This document shows positions 27,079 through 41,589 of a stretch of DNA of 64,000 nucleotides, piece after piece; position 1 is the stretch's first letter, and each line of letters begins with the position of its first letter. The stretch lies in NCBI RefSeq assembly GCF_009914755.1, contig NC_060926.1, one strand, 5' to 3'. The DNA is from the human T2T-CHM13v2.0 reference genome, Homo sapiens. Below the pieces are notes generated by a model. The model was not told where the DNA came from and searched no databases. It worked only from the letters and a program-made list of their open reading frames with translations. The position numbers were made by a program, and so were the translations under genes.

Positions 27079-27184
27079 AAAATTATAAGGCCAGTGTATA
27101 TGATCTTACATTCCTTTTATTGTAAAAGTCTGTGATGATCAGAAAATTAGCTTTATTAAAATAGAGTGACATTTATTCTTAATT

Positions 27185-30067
27185 TTAAATTTCTTTTTTC
27201 TGAGAAGGGTATGTTTACATAGGAAGTTCTGTTACCAAGTGGTTTGCAGTTTTTAGTTGCTGCCACGGCCAGAATGTTTCACATATGGCACATTAATTAT
27301 ATGATAATTAAATATGAAAAATTCAAATTACATTTCACTTTTGTCTTGATCAAAACACTCTATACGGCATTTCCTTGCCTTTTGTTCCTCCATACCGCTT
27401 ATGAACTCTTCATTAGCGTCAGACTGGAAATCTTTATCTATTTTTTAAAACAAGAAGAATTTTAAAACAAAATTACTGTTGGATGTTCAAGTAATAAAAA
27501 CCGTGAAGGCTGAATCTGTGTAAAGCAAGAGAATGCTATTCCTTACAACGAACTTTTTTTGTCAATATCCTTTTCAAAGTAGGAAGTCTCCATAACGATA
27601 GGCAACAAGTGTCATCGCCAATGCTGACAACACATATCTTACTGGTAAGTTTTATTTGTTCCTAGCCTCATACCCAAATGCAATTAAAGATATCTCCTGT
27701 ATTGTCACTGCAGGAGAATTTTATTTGAAAAGTGGACTAACTTAAAGCCTGAAATATACCTAGTCTGAAGTCTGTAAGTTACAATTTGACTCAAACAGAA
27801 GCCATAGTGAAACAGATGAACACCTGAAATTCAGCAGACATTAGCAGCATGCTGCTATTCAGCAGGTTTCAGCTGCAAACCAAATTCTACTGATGAGGGA
27901 CTCACATTTCCAATAAATTAAACATAGAACCACGATTTTTAAAATTCCTGTTTTACACTTTTATTTTAGAAAACTAAACAGAAAACCTTTAACAACACAA
28001 GAAAATAATAATAAATATTTTGTGTATAACTATATAAGCTGCTTCAGATTATCTTAAATAATAGTATCTTCATTTCATGGAAATTAATGGGGGTGTTTTC
28101 ATGTTGATAGCACTTGTGAATTGGTGGTATAAGGCCTACTCCTCTAGGTCCTGGCATTTATTACAGAAATAACCTACCAGAAATTTTTGGATGTCTTAAG
28201 AGCAGTGTGGATTCTTTCCAAATTCCAAGAAATAGTCTTTATTGATCAACACTTGCACATTCCTCTCAAGCAAGATTGTCTTGTTCAGGAAGGGAATTAT
28301 GGAGACATTGCTGAAAACCCGGTCATTGAAAATTGTTTTAAAAATGTTCAGAGATTCTGTAAAGTGATTCAGTCAGTCAGTCTTCTGTAAGCATCTGGTC
28401 ACATTCACTAGCAGAGACAAGGAAAAGTATTGATGTCTCACTGTGGAAGCAAAACATTCAATCCAATGTTTCCTTTCTGATCTTTGATCAGCTACATCAA
28501 ACATTTTGAAAGGAACATTTTCTTTTTCTTTTCTTCTTTTAACATTTATTTTAGGTTCAGGGATACATGTGCAGGTTTGTCCTATAAGTAAATTACGTGT
28601 CATGGGGGTTTGGTGTACAGATTATTTCATCACCCGTAATAAGCATAGTACTCAAAAGGTAGTTTTTCAGTCCTCACCCCCCTTCCACCCTCCACCCTCA
28701 AGTAGGCTCCTGTATCTGTTGTTCTTTTCTTTGTGTCCATGTGTATTCAATGTTTAACTACCACTTTTAAGTGAGAACATGTGGTATTTGGTTTTCTGTT
28801 CCTGTGTTTGCTCGCTTAGGGTAATGACCTCCAGCTCAATCCATGCTGCTGCAGAGGACGTGATCTCCTTCATTTTTATGGCTGTGTAGTATTACGTGGT
28901 ACGTATGTACCACAATTTCTTTATCCAGTCTGTCATTGGTGGGCATTTAGTTTGATTCCATGTCTGTGCTTTCATGAGTAGGGCTGCAGTGAACATACAT
29001 GTGAATGTATCTTTATGGTAGAATGATTTGTATCCCTTTAGGTGTATATCCAAAATGAGATTGCTGGGTGAAATGGTTATTCTGTTTTAAGTTATTTGAG
29101 AAGTTGCTACACTACTTTCCAAAATGGCTAAGCTAATTTACATTCCCACCAGCTGTGTATAAGTGTTCCCTTTTCTTTCTAATCTCACCATCATTTATTT
29201 TCTGACTTTGTAATAATAGCCATTCTGACTAGTGTGAGATGGTATCTTGCTGTAGTTCTGATTTGCAGTTTTTGAATGATTAGTGATGTTGAGAATTTTT
29301 TCATATGCTTGTTGGTTTCGTGTATGTCTTCTTTTGAAAAGCGTTGGTTCGTGTCCTTTGCCCACTTTTTGGTGAAGTCATTTGTTTTTTGCTTGTTTAT
29401 TTCTTTAAGTTTGAAAGAAACATGTTCAGTTTCAATGTTGTACATGAATGCTGTTGGTGGGCTTCTGGCAAGCAGAATCCTATGATGGAATGTAATCTGG
29501 TTCTCGAAGTTTATCCATTATCACTAAATATTTTTACATGTTCACCCAGTTGAAATATCCACACTGGTTATAGGGATTCCTCATGCCTGTGTCTGCCCAT
29601 AACATTCTCATAGCAGAAAGATGTTATAAACAAAATAAAACAACCTTGAGGTTCCACCATTTCCTGGTTCCCTGTGCCTCCTTGGGTGACAGGATGTCAA
29701 ATGCCATCGTGTTGTCTCCACTGAGTTGGTTTGAATGCCCTCCTCAAGGAATATGAAACTTCCTTTTTTCTCTACTGGCATCCTCATACTTTTGATCTCG
29801 TTGCTATAGAGAGTGGGGTGAAATTCGTCATGTGTGCACAGGTCAAAATCCTGCCAGTGGATTATCCACAGTGGCTTCAGGAAGGTGGAATTGCTGCTGT
29901 CTCTATGCCCATAGCAGGATCTTCACAGGCTGCTTGATGTAGGCCTGTCTTTTCCCAGGACAGACACTTGTCCATCACCTTGGACTTGCTGCTGCACATC
30001 GCAATACTCATCACAATGCAGCTAAGTGCATGCAAAGTGTAGACAGAAAAAGCAGGAAGCCCTGATA
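27185..30067 (-). pseudogene. GNA13P1: Processed pseudogene of GNA13 (G alpha-13); CDS-equivalent ~30066->28030 interrupted by L1; 3'UTR remnant ~28030->27185
   Basis: The - strand gives SKVMDKCLSWEKT (GNA13 SKEIDKCLSREKT), STFLKPLWIIHWQDFDLCTHDEFHPTLYSNEIKSMR, DKLREPDYIPS, NVPFKMFDVADQRSERKHWIECF, ESLNIFKTIFNDRVFSNVSIIPFLNKT, KDYFLEF and DNLKQL. No introns; many stops and frameshifts. Parent call is strong; the P1 symbol is from memory. Confidence 0.9.
28523..29409 (-). mobile_element. 5'-truncated L1PA15-type LINE-1 inside the GNA13 retrocopy
   Basis: T-rich tail followed by tttattttaggttcagggatacatgtgcaggtttg..gggggtttggtgtacagattatttcatcacc. 18-bp TSD tttgaaaggaacattttc (28505-28522) / tttgaaagaaacatgttc (29410-29427). 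Confidence 0.9.
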
Positions 30068-30099
30068 ATTTATTTTTTATTCCAAACAATATTAACCAA

Positions 30100-30330
30100 T
30101 GGAAAGAGCCTGCTTGGATTGAAGTACAAGAGTATCTGTTGTAGAGAAATTGATCTGGACTTAAATGCTGGCTCTACAAATGAAGAAGCCTGGCCAAGTT
30201 ACTAAACCTTATTGAACCTCAATTTCCTTATCTGCAAAAGACAGATAATCTTAACTATCTCTCAGGACTGCTGTGAACACCAAATGAGAATATTAGTCTA
30301 AAGCGGTTAGCCCAGTGACTGGCTCTTAGG
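30100..30330 (+). mobile_element. MIR SINE
   Basis: ggccaagttactaaaccttattgaacctcaatttccttatctgcaaaa core. Confidence 0.7.
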
Positions 30331-32469
30331 TATCTGGACTATTTCACCACCTTTTGTTCCCTGTAATTATTCATTTCCTTTTTTTGGACTTACTTATGAA
30401 TGACTTTGGACTTTTTTCAAAAATCAGACACTTAAAAGATGAAGTTTGTCACCATTCAGGCTCCAAAAACATTTCTAAATGATATCCAAAATTTAGTGGT
30501 GGCAATTTCAATGGAATAGATTCCAAATAAATACATATTTAGATGTCTAGCTGTGTTTGCTCTGTTAGAAATCAATCGAATTTACCTGAGAGAAGGGAGA
30601 AGAATTTTACAAAAAGGGTTAAAGGAGAGTTTATGGGAATGAAAATTTCACCTTTTTTGATGTCTTGTTTTGAGTGGTAATTGTATCAGTGTATATAGCT
30701 TTCAAAACTCAATGAACTAAATATCTATTCTTTTTAATTTTATCTTACCTGTAGCTCGGTTTTTTAAAGTACCCATGTTGCTTAAAATATTATTCAAAAA
30801 AGTTATAGTCTCTATTTCACTTTGATTCTGTAAGGACTTCATAACAAGAGTCTCATCGATTTGTTAGTTGAGGCTCATATATTTAAGTGCTGCTTGTAAG
30901 ACTAGGTATTAGTATGCCAAATTAAATTTATGGGGCGTGTGGGGTGTGTATGCTTCTTGTTAGACGATATCACTCATTTTTAGTGTTTGCTTTTCTCTCA
31001 TGCTAGAACCTGTAACTTCACTCTACATTGGCCCCATTGTGAAATACTTAGAACAATTGTTTCTTGAGTTTAAATAAAAAGTCTTATGCATTTACAATGT
31101 ATTTTAAAATAAATTATCGTTTTTCATCCATAAGTGAAGAAGGTCAGGGATTGTTCTCTGCCAAGGAATGACTTTACTATGGATCATTTGAGAAAGAAAG
31201 GCCTACTAAAAACTATTCGAGCATAACATCCAGTTTAACATAAACACGTTTTACTTAAGTTAGTGAAAATGTGAGGATAGAAGTTTGCAGCCATGTTCTT
31301 CATGGGGGTTTTATGTTTTAAGTTTTCTTTAAGCTTGTAACAGTTCATTATTTTCTCTTTGATCTATCTAGCAGTTGAATCAAAGTTAGTTAAAATTTTC
31401 ATGTGAGAACCATAGTTCACTTGCTTAATTCATGTGTTTTAGATAGTATTAAGATACTGTGTTCATCTGAAAGTTCTTATAACTGGACTCTAAGAAATAT
31501 ATATTCCTGGTATGATTGTTGTTTACTACCCCCAAGTAGTTTCAAAATGTTTAATGCCTTCTTCATTCTGTGAATAAATGACGTATGTTAACTTTTATTC
31601 TATTTATTTTTCCAGATAAGCATTTTTAATATTATATTAGTTACATCAAAATATATTTAGAAATTAAACAATGTAAGTTTAGTCAAGTTTCATGAGATAA
31701 TGATTTATATCGAAGACATGGTTTTCATTTTGAAATGTTATTTTGGGTCACTTTACAATGATATGACAAGTTACAAGCAAATAAGTGATGTCTACCTTTT
31801 GATGCTTGAAGGAGGCTATTACAAATTATTTCAGGCTTCAAAAATTGCACAAAAATAATAAAGTAAATGGTATAATATTTTTATTGTTGGGAGAATTACC
31901 CCTATCCATTCTAAATTTTTTTTTGTAGATAGTCTAAGTATTATCTTAAAATGTTAATTACTTTGGTGCTTTAAAATAACAGTGACTTTTTCCTCCCATG
32001 ATTTTGAAACCTTATTAGGTCAGGTGTATAAAAGTAAGTGACATTTTAAGGTGTTGCCAACTCAATAGTGCTGTCTCTTTGCATGTGTTTGTGAAACCGT
32101 TTCCTTCTTGAAATCCCTTGCAAGTGAATACATTTACTGTTCTAAAAATGAGAAAATCTGAGTCTAATTCATTCCCTATGTTTAGGAAGAAGTTGATTAT
32201 GTGTCCTTTTAATCCAATACCTTTACTGAAAATAATAACTTTTTATAAATTCATTTGATAACTGAAAAGTATTCAAACAGATTATTTAAACAAAGCTCAT
32301 ACGTGTGAATGTTGGTTGTCACTGCCTTCAATAAGGAATAATCACTGAGGTGCAAAAATTACCGATTCTTATGTGGAATAGTGGGCACAGACAGCCCAAC
32401 ATTTGAATGAAAATTGTAAATGAACGAAAGCTATTATAACACTTCATAGCAACATCTAACTGGCTCTGT

Positions 32470-33300
32470 AACTAGAAGTACATATTTGATTACTTATTTT
32501 GCTCTGTAAATGTCCTGTTTAGATATTTGGTGTGTTTTTTTTCCTATTAGTTAATAGGTCTTTTTTTAATATGTAGAATTTCATTATATTTTCAAGATAA
32601 TATCCCTTTGTATGTTATATAAGGTTCGAATATTTCCTCCCAGAGAATAACCTGCCATTTATTCTTTAACGGTATATTCAGACACTAATACTTTCAAGAT
32701 AGTGAATTAATAATTATTTTAACTTACCTTTTGTGGGTTTCTTTTTCAGGCAAAGGCTGTCTTGTTTAGGAATAGTTTATAATCTTAAAGAAAGGAAACT
32801 ATTCTATATTCTCCTCAAAGTTTAAATTTTTCATTACATGTAAGTCTATGATTTATTTAGAATATATTTTTTTCTGTATGGGTGAAGTAGGGATCTGATT
32901 ATTTTTTATTGTTTGGGTAACCAGTTGTCTCAGTAGCATTTGAAGACTATTTTCTCCCAGTTCATTTGCCCTGCACTCTCTGCCTTACATTGGCTTTCTA
33001 TATAGCACAGGCCTGTTCCTGGACTCTCTATTCTGTTTCCGGGGCCTGTTTGACAGTCTCCAAGTCACTAAAGTTTGTCTTAACTAAAGTTTGCTATAGC
33101 TTTATATTTAACCTTAATATTCAGCTGGGTATGTTTTGAATATTATCTCCTTCCTTCCCTGTAGTCTTTTTGTGTCTTAAATGTGGGGCCTCTAAATAGT
33201 ATATATCTGTTCATTTAAAAACCATCCTGGCATTCTCTGCCTTATAACTATTATTTTAGTCTACTTACATCATGTTGTTTGGTATTCCTGTCATATTTGA
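32470..33300 (-). mobile_element. Old L1M fragment(s)
   Basis: ctgtaaatgtcctgtttagatatttgg; aagtagggatctgatt; ccagttgtctcagtagcatttg. Confidence 0.55.
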
Positions 33301-33329
33301 CATTACTACTAATAACTTAGGTTGTTCAT

Positions 33330-33605
33330 CCTTCATTCCTCCCTTCCTTCCTCCTTTCTTCCTTCCTTTTTTCTCTTTTCTTTCCTTTTCTTCCTCCTCT
33401 TTCTTTCCTTCCTCCCTTTATTCCTTTTTTCCTTTTTTCTTTCCTTGTCTTTCCTTCCTTCCTTTCCTTCTCTTTTTTCTTTTTCTTAATTTCCTTCCTT
33501 CCTTCCTTTCTTCCTTCCTTCCTCCTTCCCTCCCTCCCTCTATCCCTTCCCTTCCCTTCCTTCCCTCCCTCCCTCGCTTCCTTCCTTCCTTCCTTCCTTC
33601 CCCTG
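33330..33605. repeat. Polypyrimidine (CCTT/CTTT)n low-complexity tract
   Basis: Direct sequence; explains the spurious F/L/P/S-rich ORF 33272-33745. Confidence 0.95.
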
Positions 33606-33890
33606 CTACTTATTTTCTTCCTAGAATTCTAATCATTTTTTTTATCTGCTACCTGGATCCCCCCTGTGGCCCTAGAATGAGGTTCACCACTTTTTCAAGG
33701 TTTTATGAAGGATTTAATTCTGTGTTTAAAGGGGCTTACAGGTAGAATTAGACACCTGAACTTCTCTATCGGTGGGACAGTTTAATATAATCTTTCCTCA
33801 CCCTCCCTTTGTCATTCAAATTAAATATTTTAACATTAAGCTTTTAAAATATAAATGTATTTGCTTGGGGTGCAGGACAGTATGATCTAA

Positions 33891-34376
<486 letters not shown>

Positions 34377-34407
34377 TGAGCTGGTCCTATGGTCAAGAGG
34401 TGTCCAT

Positions 34408-34962
34408 TGTAGCAACCCCATCTCTTGATTAGATATTGGAATGCAGTGTTTTTTAGGATCTATTTCTTGATCTCAACGTTGGAGAAACTTTCTCCAGATG
34501 GGAGATTGTCCTGTATTATCTGGGTGGGCCCAATCTAATCATGAATCCTGACAAGCAGAGAACCTTTCCTTATTGTGGTCAGAGGGCGAGGTAATTACAG
34601 AAGAAGGATCACAAAGATCTGATGTGAAAAGTACTTCACCCACTGCTATTGGCTTTGAGTTGGAAAAGGGCTGTGCGCCAAAGAATGCAGTGGTGGAAGC
34701 CGGAATGACTCTTAGCTGACGGCCGGCAAGAAAATGCAAATAGTCCTACAACTTCAAGGAACTGAATTCAGCCAACAACTCCAATGAGCAAGGAAATGGA
34801 TTTTTCCCTAGAGCCTCCAGAAAAAAATGAAAGTGGTAACTTTAGCCTGGTAAGACCCACGCTGGACTTCTTCTGACCTAGAGAACTGTAAAGTAACAAA
34901 TTTGCATTGCTTAACTTGTTCCTTTTGTGGTAATTTGTTGTGGCCACAGTATAAAACCAATA
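34408..34962 (+). mobile_element. MLT1 (D/E-like) MaLR LTR
   Basis: gggagattgtcctgtattatctgggtgggcccaatctaatca; ggaactgaattcagccaacaac; ctagagcctccagaa; tgtggtaatttgtt. Left end approximate. Confidence 0.8.
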
Positions 34963-35561
34963 CCAAATATAATTATTTTTCTTTTTAAATAGTCATAGAG
35001 ACAAAGGAGAAATATAAGGAAATGTATGAAGACAAGTGATCCTTAGTAAAACTTTTTCTTATGTGAAGAAGACCAAAGCTCTGGTTGACCTTTGTAATCT
35101 GAGCTCAGTAATCATTTTCCTAGAGTAGTATTTCCTGATGAATGGATAATGGTGACAAATTGCTACTGGTATATATGCATGAGAAAAAAAATCAGAAACC
35201 TCAATTCAAGTCAAAATTCATTTATAGCTTTGCATTTTAATGTGGAGTACTTGATTTTACCACCATGTTTCCTTTTCTGTCAAAAAAGAAGCTATATTTA
35301 ACCTGTTTCTCCAAGGAATTTTAGTTGGTTACCTTCTTAATAGCTACTCTGAAAAGCAAAATGCTATTAGGATTCCCTTACGTTATTGCCAAGATGAATG
35401 TATCATGGCTGACCTTTCATTTGGAAATTAAGTCCCTTGGTAATCTTGTTAAACATTCCCCTTGGAGCATGTCACTCAGAGAAGGATCAAATATATGGTC
35501 CTGTGGTTATTCTTAACATTATGCTGGTGAAGATAAATTTATGAAAACTTATTTTAGTTTT

Positions 35562-35866
<305 letters not shown>

Positions 35867-36364
35867 CTAGTTTCTGCTTATGACTTTGATTTTGCCTCTT
35901 CCCATTTTTTTCACCTAATAGTGATTAGCCATTTCTGTACAAAACATCTTAATATTCATAAGCCTGTTCACAACAGTATGCCTTTTCATTATCAGCAATA
36001 GAAAAAGAAGGCCTAGAGAAAAATAGATTGAAGGTATGCATACAAAACTGAAAAGGAACGAGTGGCGTAATCACATTTATTATTATGACTAAATCATTCT
36101 TCTGGCAAAAAGAAACCTAAAGTATTTCAAATAAATGTTTTAAATTCTAAATGTTATGCTAACTTTCACATTTTGTTTCTTTCTTAATCTAACTCATTCT
36201 GTTATGATTTGGGGAAGGCAGTCAATATGGTGCCTTTACTTTGGTGTGCAAATACAGAACTGAAAAATGTATAAGAATGAAGAAATACAGCTGTAGGTAT
36301 TAACCTGATAACCAGCATGAGAGATAATATACACAGACTGTAAGAAAACCATGTAGTCTAGACT

Positions 36365-36600
36365 ATAATTTAAAAGGGGGTTCTGGACTAGTTAAGAATG
36401 TGAGCCTTGTGCCAGCCTGCCTCATACTGGCTACTTGATTTGGGGGAATTTTTTAAACTTGGCAGAATGCCTCCGTGTGTAAAATGGGCATTATAATTGT
36501 ACTTAACTTTCTATCATTGTCATAAGAATTAAATATGTTAACATGTAAAACCTTAGAATATTTCCAGGCACAAGGTAAATACTCAGTAAATGTTGACTAT
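36365..36600 (+). mobile_element. MIR SINE
   Basis: gtaaaatgggcattataattgtact..ccaggcacaaggtaaatactcagtaaatgttg. Confidence 0.7.
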
Positions 36601-37555
36601 TATTTTAAGTTTTAATTTTAAATGTATTCAAACGTACACAAGAGTAGAGAGTTGCTTATATCAGTATCTGGATCCTTTTTAGTAATTACCTACCATATAC
36701 ATATCATATAGATGCTAGAACTACACAAACTTTACCATGTTTTAGATGTCTCTCTTTTTTCTCTTACCTTTTTCTGAATATTTTAAAGCTCCCATTTTAT
36801 CTCCGCATGCTCAAATATGGATCTCTTAAAAATATGGAATATGGGCTTAAGAAAACCTTGATGCCATTTTCCCACCTTACGAAATGAAAAGTAATTTCTC
36901 CTTGGTGTCTAATGCTCAAACCACAATTAGATTCTTTTCTAATTTGTTTTAAATATATATATATTTGTAGCTGTTGGTTGGAATCAGAATCCATCCAAGT
37001 TCCACATATTGCATGTGCCATATCTTCTAGGTTTTTCTGCCTTCTTCCCTCTTTTCAATGCCAGGTTTGTTCAGGTATAATTAACATTCAGTAAAATGTA
37101 TTTCTTCTAGGTGCACAGTTCTGTGGATTGTAACAAATGTATGCAATCAATGTAACCACTATCATAATGAGGAAATTTTCTCATGCTTTTTTAAGTTCAT
37201 CCTTTCCCCACTCACCTTAGTTTCTTGCAGCCACAAATCTGTTTTTCTGACCCTGTAGTTTTGTGTATCTCTTCCAGAATATGATAAAAATGGAGTCATG
37301 TAATGTGTTGTGTTTTGAGTCTAGCTTCTTTCACTGAGCATAATTATTTTTGAATTCACCATGTTATTGTATATTAGTAGCTTGTTCCCTTTTCATGGCT
37401 TAGCATTATTCTACCACATGGTTGTTGCCACAGTTTGTTTATCTAGTCATCAGTTGATGAACTTTTGGGCTGTTTTGTCATTTGGCTTGTTTTGTGTGAT
37501 TATAAATAAATCTGATATACACACATATATATATATATAAAATATATATATCAAC

Positions 37556-37800
37556 AAAGGAAGACTTTGCCTCATCTACTCAGACTACCTGTTTATCCTA
37601 TGGTTCATATAAAAAAGTTTATACAGAAAAATTAGAATTGCTAATTTCTAGAGGATGGTTTCCTAGAAGTATCCAGTCATAATTAATGGGTAGTTGTGAT
37701 TTTTTTTCTTGTTGTCTTTTTCTTTTAGTGTCATTATGAATTCCTGGGTTTTTCATATATTCAGTGTGTTTCAGTCAATTTTAGTGATTCTTGTTGATAT
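37556..37800 (+). repeat. Local direct duplicate of 38536-38782
   Basis: aaaggaagactttgcctcatctactcagactacc..gtgattcttgttgatat present twice, ~95% identical by eye. Confidence 0.95.
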
Positions 37801-38822
37801 ATATATATGTTTTTGTGTGGATGTATATCTCATTTCTTTTGGGTAAATGCCTAGGAGTATTGACCTAGGTTTACTAGGCTGTGTGGTTAGTGTATGTTTA
37901 GCCTTATGCAAAACCACCGAACTGTTTTCCAGGGTGGCTATGTCATTTTGCATCTCCAAAGCCATATACGATCATTTCAATTGCTCTACATCTTTGCCAG
38001 TACTTGTTATTTTCGGTAATTAAAAATAATTATTTAACCATTTTAATAGGTATGAAGTGGTATCTCATAGTTTAATTTGCATTTCCTAATTACTAATGAC
38101 TTGGAGACTCTTATAGTGTCCTTGCTTTTCGTAGACCTTTTGGTCAAGACTTCTCCAAAACATTTGTTTTTCCATTACATTGACTGAGGAAACTGAAATG
38201 GATGTCCTATTTTTTTCTTCATTGTTTTCTTTAACCTGATCTTTGAGCATTCATTATTCCCATAAACTGGAAATAAGCTTGTAACACTTGGTTATATTTC
38301 AAGTTTGCTTGTTTTGAGGAAATGCTTTGTAGGCTATTTATTTCACATTACATCACTTAGGAGACATGAATGTCTGATTGACATTGTGTTCAGATGCTGC
38401 CTCCATCGTAAAGTTGCCCGTCAACTCTTTATCTAGTTACCGTTTCCTAAATTGATTATTTCATTGGGTGCTACAAAATAGTGATGCATTCTAATTTTAC
38501 TCTTCCTCCGGATTTATCAGTAGGATTTCTTCTGTAAAGGAAGACTTTGCCTCATCTACTCAGACTACCTGTTTATCCTATGGTTCATAAAAAAAGGTTA
38601 TACAGAAAAATTAGAATTGCTAATTTCTGGAGGATGGTTTCCTAGAAGTATCCAGCCATAATTAATGGGTAGTTGTGGTGATTTTTTTTCTTGTTGTCTT
38701 TTTCTTTTAGTGTCATTATGAATTCCTGGGTTTTTAATATATTCAGTGTGTTTCAGTCAATTTTAGTGATTCTTGTTGATATTCAAATTTAGGATATAAT
38801 GAGATAAAAAATAAAAATGTAG

Positions 38823-39135
<313 letters not shown>

Positions 39136-40824
39136 CGCAAGCAGATTTTCATATGCACTTGAAACCAGTTTATTTTCTGGCTCTGTGTATGCACCAGTCT
39201 CACATAGACATCCGGAACAATTTTTTAAAAGCTGGTAGTTTTAAAAGCTGGTAGTATTTTATGGGGTTTATATGAATTAATGATTTGGGGAAAAGTGTTC
39301 CTACTTGAGAACACGCAGTTTTTCCTATCTTTTTGAGTCTTTGGATCTTCCACTGGTGTTCAAATATCTTCCTCTTGCACATTTCTGTATACATAGTTTA
39401 TATTTTTTTGGTTCCTGCTATAAGTGAGGTCTTTTGGTTCATTAAATATACATTTGAAAATGCCTATCTTTTAGATGTATTTTCTTCTGTATATATAAAA
39501 TTTTTCTTTTCTGTATGTTAATGTTTACATTTTCTATATTACTTTTATCTCTTAATGTTTGCAGTAGTTTTTCAATTGTTTTTCTTGGTTATTCAGACAC
39601 TTATTTACAATTAGGGATAATTCTGCCTTTTCTTTTCTAATTGTCCTGTCTCTAATTGCTTTGCCTTGTTTAACTGTATTGGATAACACTTCCAAGACAA
39701 TGTTAAATAAGTAGTACTGACAATAGTGGATGTATTTTTCCTATTTCTGAGTTTACTTTATAGTATTTCTGGAATAAAATTTAGCTATTATTGTTATATA
39801 TTTGGCTTTTATTCTTATAATATTATTATTATAATATGTAAAAATGGAAACATAAGATTGGTTTAATATATGGTACTCTGTCTCAGAGCTGGCCAGGAAC
39901 AACAAAAGGCTTTTTTACATTAGAAAGTTTATCAGTGATGAGATTTTTAGTTTTTAAATTCCTGGTAATGAATGCATTTGCACAGTGTGTGCCCTTGTCT
40001 ACCCTGGCCTGCACTCCATGCTGGCTTCCTCTGCTCCAGCCCCTCCCTCCCTCCCCCGGACAACATGGCCAACATCCCTTAGGAGCAATTTTCTCCTCCT
40101 GCCTCTGGTCTACATTGCAGGTCCCTTCAGTATCCATTTGCTGCCCGCTTTCCAAGAGTGCTAGCTCATCCCTGGGTGCTGTTTCCGGGGTGTGAGCTCA
40201 GCATTGTGTTCTCTTAGCACTCATTCAGGCTGGTCACTCTGAGTCACAACCACGCTTGGAGAAAGAGTGGGAAGGGTAAGCATTCCTGGTAGATGAACCT
40301 AAAAAAGACTCAGAAAATTGTGAGTTTAAGGGCATTTGTGACCTAAAACTCTGTGAAGAACAAAAGTGTCGATGTTAGTCTGAAACCAACCCATGGAGGG
40401 AAATGGAACCCCTGAAGGGGTTGTTGGCCTCTGTGGCATCCTGTACTCCTCCTTTCTCTCTGCTGTCTGCACCGGGTGCTGAACACTCGTAGGCCTCAGC
40501 ACATCACCGGCTTCTCCTCTTCTCTGTGGTGTAGTACATCTTCAAGTACTATCAAACTGTCAAGAGTGTTGCATTCTTCTGATTACTTTCTGTCAAGAGT
40601 GTCACCTCCTAAAACTCTGCCCTCCCTTCTTATTTATTACTGTGAGCTCTGTCAGCCTTGTGGTCAGATGTGTGATATCTGGCATCTGGCTTGCTGCTGC
40701 TTATTTCTCCGCTCGGCCTCTGGCAAGTTCCCTATTCTTTAACTGCATGCCAGTGTTTTATGCCCTATTTTCCTTGCTCATAGTTTTTCTTTTCTACAAA
40801 GCCTTCTTCTTTCAGGTGTTTAGG

Positions 40825-40855
<31 letters not shown>

Positions 40856-40976
40856 AGCACTTTTTCTTTTTTTGTTATGTTTCTGTTTTAAGTTTGAATT
40901 TTATTTTTAAACCATTCACATCATGCTATCCATTACATCTAGTCTCAGCTTCCTCTCTGTTGGAAAGATTTGAATT

Positions 40977-41589
40977 TTTTTTAACTTAATGTTTAAAATT
41001 TTATTTCAACAGTTTTTGGGAGACAGGTGGTTTTTGTTACATGAACAAGTTCTTTAGTGGTGATTTCTGAGATTTTGGTACACACATCACCTGAGCAGTG
41101 TACACTGTACCCAATATGTCGTCTTTTATCCCTCACCACCCCCACCCTTCCTTCTGAGTCCTCAGAGTTCATCTTCTCATTCTTATGCCTTTGCATCCTC
41201 ATGGCTTAGCTTCCAATTATGAGTGAGAACATATGATATTTGGTTTTCCATTGCTGAGTTACTTCACTTAAAATAATGGCCTCCAACTCTATCTGAGTTG
41301 CTGCAAAGGCCATTGTTTCATTCCATTTTACGGCTGCGTAGTATTCCATGATGTATATATACCACATTTTCTTTATCCACTCATTGTTTAATAGGCATTT
41401 AGGTAGGTCCCATATTTTTGCAATTGTGAATTGTGCTGCTATAAACGTGTGTGCGCGTGTGTCTTTTTTATGTAATGACTTATTTTTCTTTGGGTAGATA
41501 CCCAGTAATGGGATGGCTGGATGGAACGGTAGTTCTACTTTTAGTCCTTTAAGGAATCTTCACACTGTTTTTCAAAGTGATTGTACCAT
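40977..41589 (-). mobile_element. 5'-truncated L1PB-type LINE-1
   Basis: caacagtttttgggagacaggtggtttttgttacatgaacaagttctttagtggtgatttctgagattttggt; TSD atttgaatt (40968 / 41590). Confidence 0.85.

Noticed and set aside
28373-28603. ORF containing MFDVADQRSERKHWIECF as a live G-alpha exon or Gi pseudogene
   Set aside because: It is a chimera of the L1 3' tail and the retrocopy, and frameshifts right after. Flanking motifs fit GNA13, not GNAI/GNAO.
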